This document shows, in pieces, positions 51,106 to 64,000 of a stretch of 64,000 bases of DNA. Under the pieces are notes generated by a model, which worked only from the letters and a program-made list of their open reading frames with translations, ran no database searches and was not told the DNA's origin. Each line of letters starts with the position of its first letter. The first letter of the stretch is position 1. The stretch comes from Octopus vulgaris (lineage: Eukaryota): positions 124,186,001-124,250,000 of the forward strand of contig OX597816.1 of the NCBI GenBank assembly GCA_951406725.2. The letters are read 5' to 3'. Made by a program: the position numbers and the translations under genes.

Positions 51106-51734
51106 TACGTACACCCTTGTTCTCACCTTATTTTCTCACACCGTCTCTATTGAAGGGGTGCAATAAATATCCTGGAAACAGCTGTAAGACCTTCTATTTA
51201 TAAATGTTCTAAAATCTTCACAGCCTTAGTTTTTTTTTATCTCTTTCTGAAAAAAACATTTATATATATATATATATATATATATAACAACACACACACA
51301 CACACACACATACATTAATACATAAGTTTGTTCACATACGGGTGCATCTTGTCATATAAGTCCTCGCAGTTCATTTGGATTTTCTCATTTATATCTTAAG
51401 GAATTGAAATGATATTTGTGTTTAGCCATTTGCTTTATTCTTAAATCCTGATGTTAAAATATTTGAAAATCACGTTTGTCTATCATAAAAGAGGTGGTTA
51501 CATATACTAATAACTCTACACACTCTTACAAAGGGAACCAAGAAAGTAAAGAATCCTTGATAATGAATTTTGGAAATTTGTGAACATTCCAAATGAACAG
51601 CAAAAAAGTCATGCAAAAATATGAAAAATGTTGATGAAATAGTTAAAACTAGGACATAGACGTGTTCAAAAACACACAACATATTCATGTGTGTGTATGT
51701 GTGTTTTGTATATATGTGTGTATATTTTTTTGAG

Positions 51735-52330
51735 TCAAAAATTTTGCAATGTTTTGGTAACTTATTTGCTTTATTCATCAAGTTACAACAAAAGCAGCCT
51801 AACATTCAAAGTAGAGGCCATCATGTTATGCTGTCTGAAGCCATTTTTCTGCCAGTTCTCTGATCCCACACTCATACCAGTTCTCATCCTTTGAGGTGAA
51901 TAACTCCAACACTGAAGCTTCCACCTCGTCTTGCTTAGTGAAAGGAAGTGAGCCATGGACTGAAACAAGTAATAATCTGAAGAAGTTAGGTCCAGACTAT
52001 AATCTGGGTGTGGCATCAGTTTGATTTCCCCAAGGCTCTGGAGTTTATTCTAGGTCGTTCGAGTGGTATGATATCTTGTGTTGTCTTGCTGCAGAAGAGT
52101 TCATTTTCTGTTAACAAAAGCAGGGTATCTTTGTGGCACAATGACATACATCTGCTTCAGCTGTTCAGAATACAAGTTGGTATTGATAGTTCAACTGGCC
52201 AGAATGAATATATTGTGAATTATCTCCTTATAATTCCACCAGACACAGAGCATTACCTTGTATTCAACATGCCCATGTTTGACAAGTTCTAGTAGCTGGT
52301 CCTTGCTGAAATACTGCTTATGCACATTAA
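51735..52330 (-). mobile_element. Mariner (DD34D-type) transposase remnant
   Basis: ORF 51783..52016 begins PHPDYSLDLTSSDYYLFQSMAHFL, matching HPxYSPDLAPSDYHLF. Confidence 0.8.
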
Positions 52331-52824
52331 GATAGCAGAAAAATATCTCCCCCAGGTTATTATTTGTTCTAAGGATGAGTTTTGTTTGAGCTATGTAATC
52401 CTTGTTACATACTTTTCATATAATAGCATATATTAGGTTTTTTGATACAGAGGTAAAATGTTTTTTTATGGTAAAAATTCATTCTGATTTCAATGAAACT
52501 TTGGCACAAAAAAATTTTGTTGCATGACATTAATGCATGGATGTAGTGAGGGAACTTACACAAATTTCTAAGCCTAATCATTTGATCATCTCTGCCAGTC
52601 AAATTGCATGAGCCATGGTCTCTCCATAACAACAAGAGAATTTTTTAGCTCCATTCAGAAGTAAGACTCAGCCACAAGTCTTTCTATATCACTTAAGTTT
52701 TGAAACTCAAGAAAATCTGTGTAACTGGTTATACTTTAAAAAATAAACCATCTAAAAGACTCCCACAGCATTTTCCACTTCTTTTTACAATACACTCACA
52801 CACGCACACACACATTCATATATA

Positions 52825-53036
52825 CAGGGCTGGCCAGAAGTCAGCTGACAGTAAATCAAAACCATTTAATTCCAAGATTTATTTATGTTTAACAACTGAA
52901 TGAATTTAATAAAAGCATCTAAATATGAAACATCATGAAAATTGTTCAACACATTCTTCCATTTGAATCAATACAGAATTACAGGTAGTACTTAAGGAAT
53001 TTTAATTTACTGTTGGGTGACCTTTGTCCAACCCTG
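52825..53036. mobile_element. Tc1/mariner-derived MITE, 212 bp
   Basis: TA|CAGGGCTGGCCAGAAGTCAGCTGACAGTAAATCAAA ... TTTAATTTACTGTTGGGTGACCTTTGTCCAACCCTG|TA. Confidence 0.85.
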
Positions 53037-53115
53037 TATGTATATATGTGTATATGTATACACACACTCATATATATTTATATATATAGGGAAAGAAAGA
53101 GGGAGAGAGAAAGAG

Positions 53116-53300
53116 AGAGTTGCCTGAAGCAGCACTGAATGAAACACATTACATGCAAGTATATAAGAATGGTAAATAATGTCTTCACTGATACATGTAA
53201 ACTTCAGTCAAGCTGGAATTTCCTAACTGTAGTGTACACAAACATGTTGAATAAGATTGTATACACTTGCATTTCATTCAGCACTGCTTCATGTGACTCT
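53116..53300. repeat. Imperfect inverted repeat with ~50-bp arms
   Basis: GAGTTGCCTGAAGCAGCACTGAATGAAA..TGCAAGT versus ACTTGCATTTCATTCAGCACTGCTTCATGTGACTC. Confidence 0.75.
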
Positions 53301-53950
53301 AGTTAAGTAATTCCAACTTGTTCAAATTTCACACACATCAGCAAATGTATCATTTGTTGTTCTCATGTATAAGAACTATCATTCATGTAGGGTTGTGAAA
53401 GAAGAATTTGGGACTCGCAGTTGACAATGCATGAAAACGCAGAAATCTATTTCTCCTACAAGCCAGTCCCAGGATTCAATACCCAAATGTGTTTTCACAT
53501 ATATAGACCATGTGAAGTTTCTCCTGAGATTATTTCTGCAGTGAAAGGATTTCCTATTTCCAAGTAAGCACGAGAGTGTTACATATGTGTGTATGTATAT
53601 ACACACGCACAGTCACACACCACACACACACACATTGATATATTTTCATATGTACATATGTATATAGCCTTGCTTGATATGTAAGAGAGGAGTGGGTAGA
53701 AGCTAACTCTTTGAAAGTGATGTTTCAATATAGGTGCAATCCAATGACCGAAATGACTAAAAGAATAGAAGAATGTATGTACATACATGAATACACATGG
53801 GCATAATTATATATGCACATTTAAACATCCTTATACATATACAGAAATAAGTATAAATAAATAGTTATAGAAAAATAGACAGACAGATAGACAGACAAAC
53901 AGATAGACAGATAAACAGATAGAAAGATATATATATATATATATATATAT

Positions 53951-54011
<61 letters not shown>

Positions 54012-54121
54012 GATAAAGTAAAATCATTATTAATCCAAATGAGTAATGGTACTGAAGGAATGAAGTTGAAAATGCAAATGAAATGAGATTTTATTTAGAT
54101 TTTAATATATATATATATATA

Positions 54122-54280
54122 TTGAAGTTAGATAAGGCTGGTTTATGGAATTACCTTAGATTTCATGTCCATAAAGGGCTTATCTTTATGGTGTATCATC
54201 AAATCCCAAAACCTGGTGGCTAAAGGCCTATGGACATGAAAACTAAGGTAATCTTATAAACCAACCTTATCTATCTTTAA
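54122..54280. repeat. Inverted repeat with ~50-bp arms between TA tracts
   Basis: TAGATAAGGCTGGTTTATGGAATTACCTTAGATTTCATGTCCATA versus TATGGACATGAAAACTAAGGTAATCTTATAAACCAACCTTATCTA. Confidence 0.85.
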
Positions 54281-54335
54281 CATATATTGCTCTATAACTT
54301 AGAGTGTGCTTCTTTTTTGGGATTTATGTTTATGG

Positions 54336-54387
<52 letters not shown>

Positions 54388-55271
54388 TTATGTATGAATG
54401 TATGTGTGTGTGTATCAATACACACATTTATACCAGAAATACATGAAATACATATGCATCTGCATATCATTAACGAGTGTATAAACCATTAATGGTCACT
54501 ACCCATTCAAACTATAGGTTTAAAATGTCACATTGAACTGCCCAAAACTCTAAGACAAGATAAATTCTGAATTTCTAATTAATAAAGTATTTTTAGAAAA
54601 TAGTATTTCAGATTTCACAAATGGACACAATTGGTATGGCTTCATATTTCTTGTATGGTTTGGCTCTTAATAAGATCCTCTCTTGCGATATTGAATTCTT
54701 TGTTAAAGTTCTTTAGCTACCAAATAAATACTGACAATGGTGAAGTTGACTTTCTGTTACAGTGTCTAAAGAAAAAATTGTGTTGGTAATAACCCTTTTT
54801 CTTAAATGTTTCTCATTCAGTCATATACATGGCAAAGAATAGCTTAGCGTTCACAGCAAACCAATTATTTCCCCAAGTATAGATCATTGAGAGGACACAG
54901 TTGTAAGTACAATAACATTTATATAGAGTCCTTGTAAACTTTGTGGGCTATTTCTTAATTTGGATCTATTCAAAATCGTTCATGGTATAATACAAAATTT
55001 TGATAGTACTTTTGTTGGGCATTTTGTGGTATTTCTGATGTTTGCAAAATGTTTTAATGAAAATCTTAAAAAATACTTTTACTGCTGGTGAAGAAACATT
55101 TGCACTAGAGTGTGATTTATACCAATTAATTGATCTGTCTCAGTTTCTGAGTTAGTTTGAAGAAATTGGTGTGTTATGTATGAATTTAATTTTCTCTCTC
55201 AAAGCACATTTTAAGAATGTTTCATTATCATGACAAGCTGTTTCTTTGACAATGGATATTGAATAACTTGG

Positions 55272-55308
<37 letters not shown>

Positions 55309-56667
55309 CTCAGCCAAGTTTTTTAACTGATGTTTTCTATTTTAAAAAGAAAAAAATTCAAGAATAATGAAAATATTATTTGAGAAATCATCAGGTGTTT
55401 CAAATGATTCAAGCAAGAATGGTTGGATTGTTTGTTTATGAAGAAAATCTTCTCTTTAGATTTTTTTGTATGGGTTAAATGTATTATATAAAGTTAGTGT
55501 CATTCCAGAAAGTCCATTTGTTGAATGTGTGTTCAATGTTCTACTGAGTCTACTGTGATATTGAAGTTTAATTACTTGCAGGAATAGTGGACACCTTTTT
55601 GAAATACCCCCATGACTGGCAGTTCACTTTTTTAATAAGATAGTAATTCATCATTATATTACAATACTTATTTTTTTAAAGGGAAAATTCTTCATTTTAT
55701 GCAAAATGTACTGGCCATCTATGTCACTAACTTCAGCTAAGTCCTTCAATCATGTGCTAACTTTGAATGGCTCCTTGCTGTGTCTTTTTGTTCAGATGGT
55801 ATTGTTATATAATAGAAGCGATTTATGGGTTAAGTGTACTGATTCGGTTTGGATAGAATCAAAGAATCTAAAATTATCTGTTGGTTAATGGAAGTATAAT
55901 AATCACTGATGATAAAACAAAAGAAAATATACCTGCCTTATTTTCATTTATAAGCTTTAATCTAACTGTAACAGCTTTAGTGCTATTTCATAGTGATAAT
56001 CTTGACTTATCTTTAATATTAGAAGGTATAGAATGCAATGCATTTATCTATACCAGATCCTGAAAAGTTAATCAGTCTAATAGAGGGCAGTGAGTTGCCT
56101 TAATATTACTGTTAATAGTAAGGTGTTCTTGCAAATCTGTTTTTGTATTAATTAATCTATACTTGGGATTAGAAGCAATGTTCTCCTGAAGGTCTAGAAG
56201 CAATGAAAAGCATACTTGCAATTAATCTGTCTATCATGGAAATCTATTAAAAGGAAATTTTCCTCTTGATATTGAAATCAGTAGCAAGTTCTTTAACATT
56301 TCAAATGTAATTGGATAATTTCATTGTTTTACTCTTTTCTGTATGCCTTGAAGGAGTATGACTGAAGTAATGTTGTTTTAATTATTTTTATGCAATGCCA
56401 TATAATGCTTATACACTATTTTAAGGTTTAGTTTCATGCAGATGACACCTGCTTCATATACGATTGCCTCAGTACTACATGATTTGATTTTTTCAGCATA
56501 TGCAGTTAAACACAATTAATTTAATCAGTTTACGTGCTATAAGATTTTTCATGCTAGGAGCACAGCTGTAACTTAGTTTAAAACTGTTTCTTTTAAAAAG
56601 TTTTACATATCATCAGTTCATTGGAAAATGCTTATTTAAGGGAAATATTTGACTAAATATTTAATAA

Positions 56668-57240
56668 TGGTTTCAAATTTTGGCACTGGGTCAGCAGGTT
56701 TTGAGGGAAGGAGTAAGTTGCTTACATCAACACCAGTACTTGATGGGTAATTATTTTATTGACTCCGAAAGGATGAAAAGCCAAGTCAACTTTGGCGGAA
56801 TTTGAGCTCAGATTATGAAGACAGATGAAATGCTGCTGAGCATTTTTCCCAGCATGCTAATGATTCTGCTAGCATGCTACCCTTTTGACTTAATGTTTAA
56901 TAATAAAGGGTAGTATGAACCAAACAATGTAACAGAGACTCTTCTTAGTCTTAATGGGTGGGTGGGGATGTTAGAGATCAGGTGATTGTAATTTTAACTA
57001 TAGCAGCTTCTAATAGCATCATAATTACAATGGGTAATTATGGTGGCAAGCTGGCAGAACTATTAGCATACTGAGTGAGATGCTTAGCATCATTTTGTCC
57101 ATCTTTATGTTCAGAGTTCAACTTTCGCTGAGGTTGACTTTGCCTTTCATCATTTCAGAGTATCAGTGAAACACTGGGGTCAATGTAATTGGCTAACCTC
57201 TTCCCTGAACTTGCTGGCCTTGTGCCAAAATATGAAACCA
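56668..57240. mobile_element. Two divergently oriented SINE family A copies (56668-56882 minus, 57045-57240 plus)
   Basis: Family A head and core on opposite strands, about 160 bp apart. Confidence 0.8.
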
Positions 57241-57631
57241 TTATAATGTGCATTTAATTCAAGAATTATTTGTCTGATAAAAATTTTTCTATAAATATCA
57301 TTAATCAGGTTTCTGAAAACTAAAACTACAGGTGGCATTTCAGGAGTCTATATGAATATATCTGAGTTATTGATTTGATTTGCCACCAAGTTTGTCTGAA
57401 ATGAAGTTGATAATAATGTTAATGGTTAAAATTATTTCAAACGGAAATTTTTAAAGTTATTTAAACAATTGTTACTCATATATATATATATATATGTTAA
57501 TCAATTTCTTATGGTCACTGTCTCTAAGTAGTCAAGGGAAATATTTCAGTTGTAATATGTATATTTAATGAATTATGCTACTTACAACATTTAAAGACCA
57601 GCATGCAGTACCAGACACTTTTACATTCATA

Positions 57632-58798
57632 CAAGCTATTTGGGTTAAATGTGATGATTTTTATGTCTCCTTTCTTCATACGTATTGGAGAGCATAAAGA
57701 TTAAACTGGTAGTTGAGATAAAGTTAGCTGACATGAAGGACTGGAAGCCATATCATGATCGTTCATACTGGTTGTCAGAATGTTGACAATATGATTACTG
57801 CTCAAGGCTCTGTGGATACTGTAAAGGGTGTAAGACATGATATGGACAGCTGCAATGGAGACTACAGGCCTATGGCCAGCAGGAAGGGCCCCAGCAGGCA
57901 TTCTGACTGTGTTCGCATACTGGAATTCCTTTGCTAACTTGAAGGCAAGGCGATGGAAGATATGAGCAAGGGAATTCAGGCTTTGGTTAGAGAGATGAGA
58001 ACTGGAGTCACCACCATGAAGCTGGATCTAAATGAGGACCTTTGCTACCACTCATACAAGAAGCATATGGAACAAATTCTGACAGCCAAAGCCAAAGGAA
58101 ACCACTTGATAATGGCAAAGAAGCTCCTGAATAAGTTGAGATATTTTGTTGAGCCAGGAATGATCTGGTTCTTTTCAGATGGAAAGAACGTCTGCCTGGA
58201 CCTGTTGTATAACACTCAGAACAGTTGGTGACTTGCCTACAATTCATGTGATGTCCCATGTTCATGAAACCAAGTTACCCCAAACTGTGATGGTCTTTGG
58301 ATGTCTCTCCAGTGAGAGTGACATCCCACTGCCCCACCTTTTTTTAACAGGGCCTGAAGTTGCTGGAGATTGTGGTCAACTGTTGGCTGGAGAGGATTAC
58401 TGCCAGAATGTCATATGCCATACCTTGCCATACCTTTGGAAAGAATCTGAAGTATTTGTCACCAACCCCAACTTCTGGCCTCCAAATTCCCCTAATTGGA
58501 ATCCTATAGATTACTAATGTGTGTGGCACAGTTGAAAAATACTCAAACTGATTTTCTTGCAACACAAAGGCCAAGCTGGTGGCCAATCAAGATCAAGATC
58601 TTCACACTGATATGCAGAGCTGGGTGTCTCTTCAGGTCATAGTGGCAGCTGAGGACAGCTACATTGAATAAACTATTATCTCTGAGTCATAATCTAGTTG
58701 AAACTTTTTGATTTTTTAAAATATTTTTTTATTTTGGATGGGATATTGTGTTATATTTTCCTTTTAAGCAAACTGTCAAATTTAATGTGAACACCTTG
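57632..58798 (+). mobile_element. Degenerate DD37D-like transposon
   Basis: WFFSDGKN and FWPPNSPNWNPIDY motifs. Weak TA-flanked TIRs CAAGCTATT / AACACCTTG. Confidence 0.8.
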
Positions 58799-59044
58799 TA
58801 TATTTTCTTTTAGAAAACAGTTTATTAACCAGTGACTGATTAGTTTTTTGATAAGGCTTGAAGTTTGAAGTGACAATGTATTGTTTTTAATGGATTATTC
58901 ATATAATATTATTTTCACTTTTCTCCCGTAATGCGTACTCCATTTTAATTTGTATATAAAACTATTATATAACTTTTATGTATGTGCATGTGTGTGCGTA
59001 TGTATGTGCTTGCGTGTGTGGGTGTATGTATATATATTTGTGCA

Positions 59045-59092
<48 letters not shown>

Positions 59093-59786
59093 AATATACA
59101 CAAATATACACAAATATGTATGCATATATACATATATAATACGCACATTTATTTAATACACAAGCATATGTTTGCATATATAAATATAAATTTGTGCGTA
59201 TGTTTGTGTATATATGTGTGTATATAATTATACACATATACATAAAAAGAATATACAAAAATGATAAAAGAAACTTACATTAGATAAAGTGAAAATTACT
59301 GGAAAAAATTATAAAATAAACAAAGAAAATAAAAAAAAACAAAAATTGCATTGTGTAAATTTTCAAAGTAGGTATGGGCGAGGGTGGTGGTTGTGGTGAG
59401 AATGAGAGTAAGTTTAATGTGAGAATGGGAGCTAAGTGGAGGTGGAATAATGAGTGGTTCTGGTGGTTATGAGTGCACAATAGTGGACATATTTATAGTG
59501 ATTAAGCTTGCTAGGGTGATAAGATTAATATGTGATAGTATCAAACTTGCTGTTTGTTTTTTGCTGTTTAGTTCCAGTTTTTTAACTGGTGAAGCAGACT
59601 AGTAAGTAAACAATTTTTTTCCAGTTCTGACCATTTCTTCTTTTTTACAGTTGGTGATTATATTGGCCTTTCCTTTTCTTTGAGAATGTTGGGTACAAAC
59701 AGATTTGGTTGCTATTTCTAGCAAATTGTTGAACGTTTATGTAGAGGCTTCTTCCTTGACTCATGAAGATGGTTATCCTTGCTTAA

Positions 59787-60005
59787 CCCTTTAGCATTTA
59801 AACCGGCCATATCCAACAAAAAGTGTTCTGCCTGTTTTATGTTCAAACTGACCATATCTGGTCTCCCACACCAGCCCTAAATATCGTTTTAAAAATCAAC
59901 AGCTACTTCATTAAAATCTCATAGCTACAAGATAATGCATGATTTGTTCAAAACAATGTGGATAAAAAGCATTAATTTTGGCAGAATATTGTGAATACTA
60001 AAGAG
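59787..60005. mobile_element. piggyBac-type MITE
   Basis: TTAA|CCCTTTAGCATT...AATACTAAAGAG|TTAA. Partial copies at about 2347, 39720-39913, 60636 and 61310-61420. Confidence 0.75.
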
Positions 60006-60694
60006 TTAAAGCAAGTTAGCCCTGTTCTGTGTTCACATGTATCTCAGCCAAAATGGTTCCATCTTAGGCTCAGACATAATGCATCTAGGAAAGCATTGTC
60101 CAATGTCCCTCTTTTCTGAGATGGTAGTGTGTGATTTGACTACTATTTCATGCAGCTTATAATAATGGTTATAGCCATTGGTGGTGGTAGAACTGAAGGC
60201 AGTAATAATTTTTAAGATTGAGGGCGACATTTGTTGAGGTGGTGGCTGTAAGAGTAGATGATAGTGCTGTTGTTGTTAAACAACAAGACAGGTAAAGGTG
60301 ATTAGGTGATGGTCTAGGGCTTAGAGGCAGGAGACCCCAGACCTTGGAAAAAAAAACTATGGTCGTCTTGTAGTCGAGGACTCTTTGTTGATGCTCGATA
60401 CCACTGGGAGGTGGCCCTCGAAGTCGCTGGAAATGGAGATCTCCAGGTCCAAATTCTTGGACGGCAATGATAGTGCTTGTGGTGTCTTTAATGATGGTAG
60501 TTGTGGCAATGATAAGATTAGGAGATGCTATGAATGCTGTTGCAGTTGTTGTTGCTGTAGTTGTTTCTCCCTAGGTCAGCTCTTATTGAGCAGACCAATG
60601 ATCAAAGATATTCTAGCAGCAACCATCTTATTATTTTAACCCTTTAGCATTCACATTAGTCTTTCAAAAGTAATGCTTTGTAGTTGTGATGATA

Positions 60695-61300
60695 TGATGC
60701 AAGCTCCACTGGATGGGTAATGTCAGTGTGCTTGCACAATGGAGAGTAAATGAATTAAGATGAAAACTGGATATAAGAGGCATCAGATGTTGTGTGCAAG
60801 AAAGAAGATTGCACTGGTTTGGTCATGTGATGTGTATGGATGAGGACAACTGCATAAAGAAGTGCTGTGCTCTAATTGCATAGGGTACCTGTAGAAGTGG
60901 TAGACCCAAGAAGACATTGGATGAAGTGGTCAGAAAGGATCTTTGGACACTGGGCCTCATTGAGGAGATGACAAGGGACTGGGAGATTTGTCATATTTGA
61001 TAAGACACATTAAGTTAAGTAAAATCTGTCTTCCACATATATAGGCTTGTCTTTTAAGGTGCCAGTTCTGTGTTAATGCACCTGTGCCAGTGTTGCGTAA
61101 ATGCACCCATGCCAATGGCATGCTAAAAGCACCCAGCACACTCTGCTAAGTGGGTGGCATTAGGAAGGGCATCCAGCTGTATAAACCATGCCACATAAGA
61201 CAGTTGGAGTCTGGACAGCTCCCTGTTAGCCAGCTCCATGTCAAACCGTCCAACCCATGCCAGCATGGAGACCAGACATTAAACAATGATGATGACGATG
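60695..61300 (+). mobile_element. RTE LINE 3' end: ORF C-terminus, UTR and (ATG)n tail
   Basis: LR*KLDIRGIRCCVQERRLHWFGHVMCMDEDNCIKKC...GRPKKTLDEVVRKDL, followed by the same UTR seen in the stand-alone fragments. Confidence 0.88.
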
Positions 61301-63952
61301 ATTGTTTGTTTCCAGAATGAGATTGTGGGGTAGGTGTGAGAGGCCAGATTTGGCTGGTTTGAATGTAAAATAGGTAGACTAGTTTGGATGGTCACGGCTG
61401 GTTTAAATGGTAAAGGATTAAAGCTTTTTATGCATGCAATAGCTAATATTTTCAACCCTTTATCAAGATACTTGTGTATAATTTTTTTGAGGATTTGATC
61501 GATATTTCTAATAGGTTCAGTGACCACATAGACACTGTCTTGTTGGTTTGTTGTGGTCGCTGGTGAGATACTGGTATCTGTAGTTGATAGCACTGGTGTG
61601 TTGGTAATGGTAATGTTGGTAATGGTAACGTTGGTGTGTTGGTAATGGTAATGTTGGTATGTTGGTAATTGTAACGTTTGTTTGTTGGTAATGGTGAATT
61701 AGAATAGAGGATATTGTAGTATAATTGAGGCAGTTGTTTAGTCTGAGGTCAATTCTGGTCACGTAGACTTTTGATCAAAGATATTCCAGCTACAACCATC
61801 TCATCCTTTCTTCTGTATTTAATATCCACAAACACTTTATTTAATGTCTTTTTTTACCTAAGACATAGGGATGAGATTCAAGAGAGAAATATTGGTAGTT
61901 TATTGTAACTGGACAAATATTCATTCACAAAGCGGTTGCCTTATCAGCTGATGGCATTGGTAACAGTAGATGGATGTTGTGAGTGTTTGTTGTAGTAAAC
62001 GATAATGGTATTGAGGCTGGAGGTGATAGTGTATGATGGTGATAAGGTGATAGAGAAAGTGTTAGTTTCGATAGCTGTATTGATATTACTGTTGTGATGG
62101 TGGTGGCTACTGTCTCAAGATGGTAATAGTGATTGTGATGTGGTTTGGAATAAAGTAGCTTTAGGTGCCAATGTGGATGTTATTGGCGGTGATTGTAGTG
62201 AGTTTTATAGATAATGAAAGTACGTGTTTTTGCCTTTTGGTGCTATTTTGGTGTTGTTATTGTTGATCTTGCAACTGTGATGGTGTTGGGGTGGTAGCCA
62301 TAGTAGTATTAGTAGTAGTGGTTAAAACTGTTAGCATTTGTTTAGATGATGGTGGGAAGTACAGTCTTTCTAGCATTGGCACTGGTTGTAGTAAAGAAGC
62401 AGAGAATGCCAAGAAATGATAATGGTGGTAATACAGGGACGATAAGAAAATGGTAATAAGATTGTATAAGACTAAGCTATAGTGCATTGTACAGTTCAAC
62501 ATCACGGCAACAAGGTTGTAATAGTGAATGTAATGGGAGAAAGACGTGCGGGTGGTAATGGTGTTGGGTGTGTTAAAATGTAAAGAATTCTGCAATGAAT
62601 ATTGAAAGTGAAGTAGCTATAAGAGGAAAGGAAAAACATTACAATAGGAAAATGGAGATAATAAGTGAAGTGAAAGATATCAAGAAGATTAAAAAGATAT
62701 ATGAATGTGTGTGGGTGTTTGTGTGTGTATATGTGTGTATGCATGTGTGTGTGTGAATGTGTATGTATATGTGTCTATGTATGTATAGGTTTGGTGATAC
62801 AAACCGGAAAATACAATATAAAACACCAGGATATATAGTTTTTTTTTTATATAATCAGCAGAAGTTACAAAGTGACTCAAGGGCGGAGAGCTTTGTGCAT
62901 TGGTACTGGCCCCTGAGTCCCTTTGTAAATTTCCTGATTGCATAAAAAAATATCTATCTATCATCTACTTATCTATTTGTCTGTCTGTCTGTCTATATGT
63001 ATATGTGTGTGTATGTGTGTGTATGTGTGTATGTGTGTGTGCATGTGTATATGGTTGTGTTTATATATGAATATATATGTGTGTGTGTGTTTGTGTGTGT
63101 ATATATATGAATGTGTATGTGTGTGTGAGTGTGTGTGTACACACACACATAGCATTTTCGGGGGTGGGGGAAGAAGATAAGTTGATTACATCAACTTCAA
63201 TGTTCAACTGGTACTTCTTCTATTGACCCCACAAAAGGATGAAAGACAAAGTTGACCATGATAGAATTTGAACTCAGAATGTAAAAATATATACACATAT
63301 CTATATATCTATATATATGTATGTATGTGCGTATATACAAATGTATGTATGTATGTGCGTATATATAAATGTATGTATGTATGTATGTATGTATGTATAT
63401 ATATGTATATATATATATATATATATACACACACATAGAGAGCATGAGAGAAAGAGAGAGAGAAGCTTTTCTCGTGTCATTCCACAGAATGTCTTGTTTC
63501 CAAACTTCAGGCAAAATATGCACATACATGCAAACACCTTCCTACACACAAGCATCCAGCAACTCAATACACACATATTTACAAATTTGCATGTGCATGT
63601 GCGTGTGTGTGTGTGTGTGCATGTGTGTGTCTGAGTGTGTCTGTGTGTGTGTGCATGTTTACATACGGGGATAAATATTTTGCTGTTATATCATATCAAA
63701 AGTGCTATTTGGACAAAGTAATTAGCAAATAATACTCGACTAAAAATGAAATGATTTACATTTAAAGAGATAATATATCCAATGACACATCAAGCAGCTA
63801 ATACAAAGAGACACTTGACAATAATATTATGCCACATATTAAAAATATATAAAGGGAATAAAATATTTCCTCTCTCTATGCATATATGTGTATATGTGTG
63901 TATGCATGTATGTATTTATATATGTGTGTACATATATATATATATATGCATG

Positions 63953-64000
<48 letters not shown>

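Overview
AT-rich eukaryotic DNA saturated with microsatellites. The three tRNA-derived SINE families, RTE LINE tails ending in (ATG)n and DD37D transposons together point to a coleoid cephalopod, most likely Octopus (inference from repeat content). No intact host protein-coding gene is visible; almost all ORFs in the track are microsatellite artefacts. Recognisable coding remnants are two Penelope-like element (PLE) GIY-YIG endonucleases (446-841 minus; 16218-16508 plus), three RTE LINE C-termini, five DD37D (maT) elements and one mariner. There are also piggyBac-type and Tc1-type MITEs and a non-autonomous Helitron. The main discovery is about 11 type I hammerhead ribozyme (HHR) motifs from about 9 unrelated sequence families in the first 31 kb, read by eye. 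Nearly all sit in short elements inserted into (TA)n/(CA)n tracts, several as partial tandems or fold-back inversions typical of PLE pseudo-LTRs and non-LTR retrozymes. They include an apparently intact U3-A8 covariant minimal HHR inside an ~800 bp palindrome, and an inverted pair whose two decayed copies reconstruct a perfect ancestral HHR. All folds are manual and have not been computed or tested.
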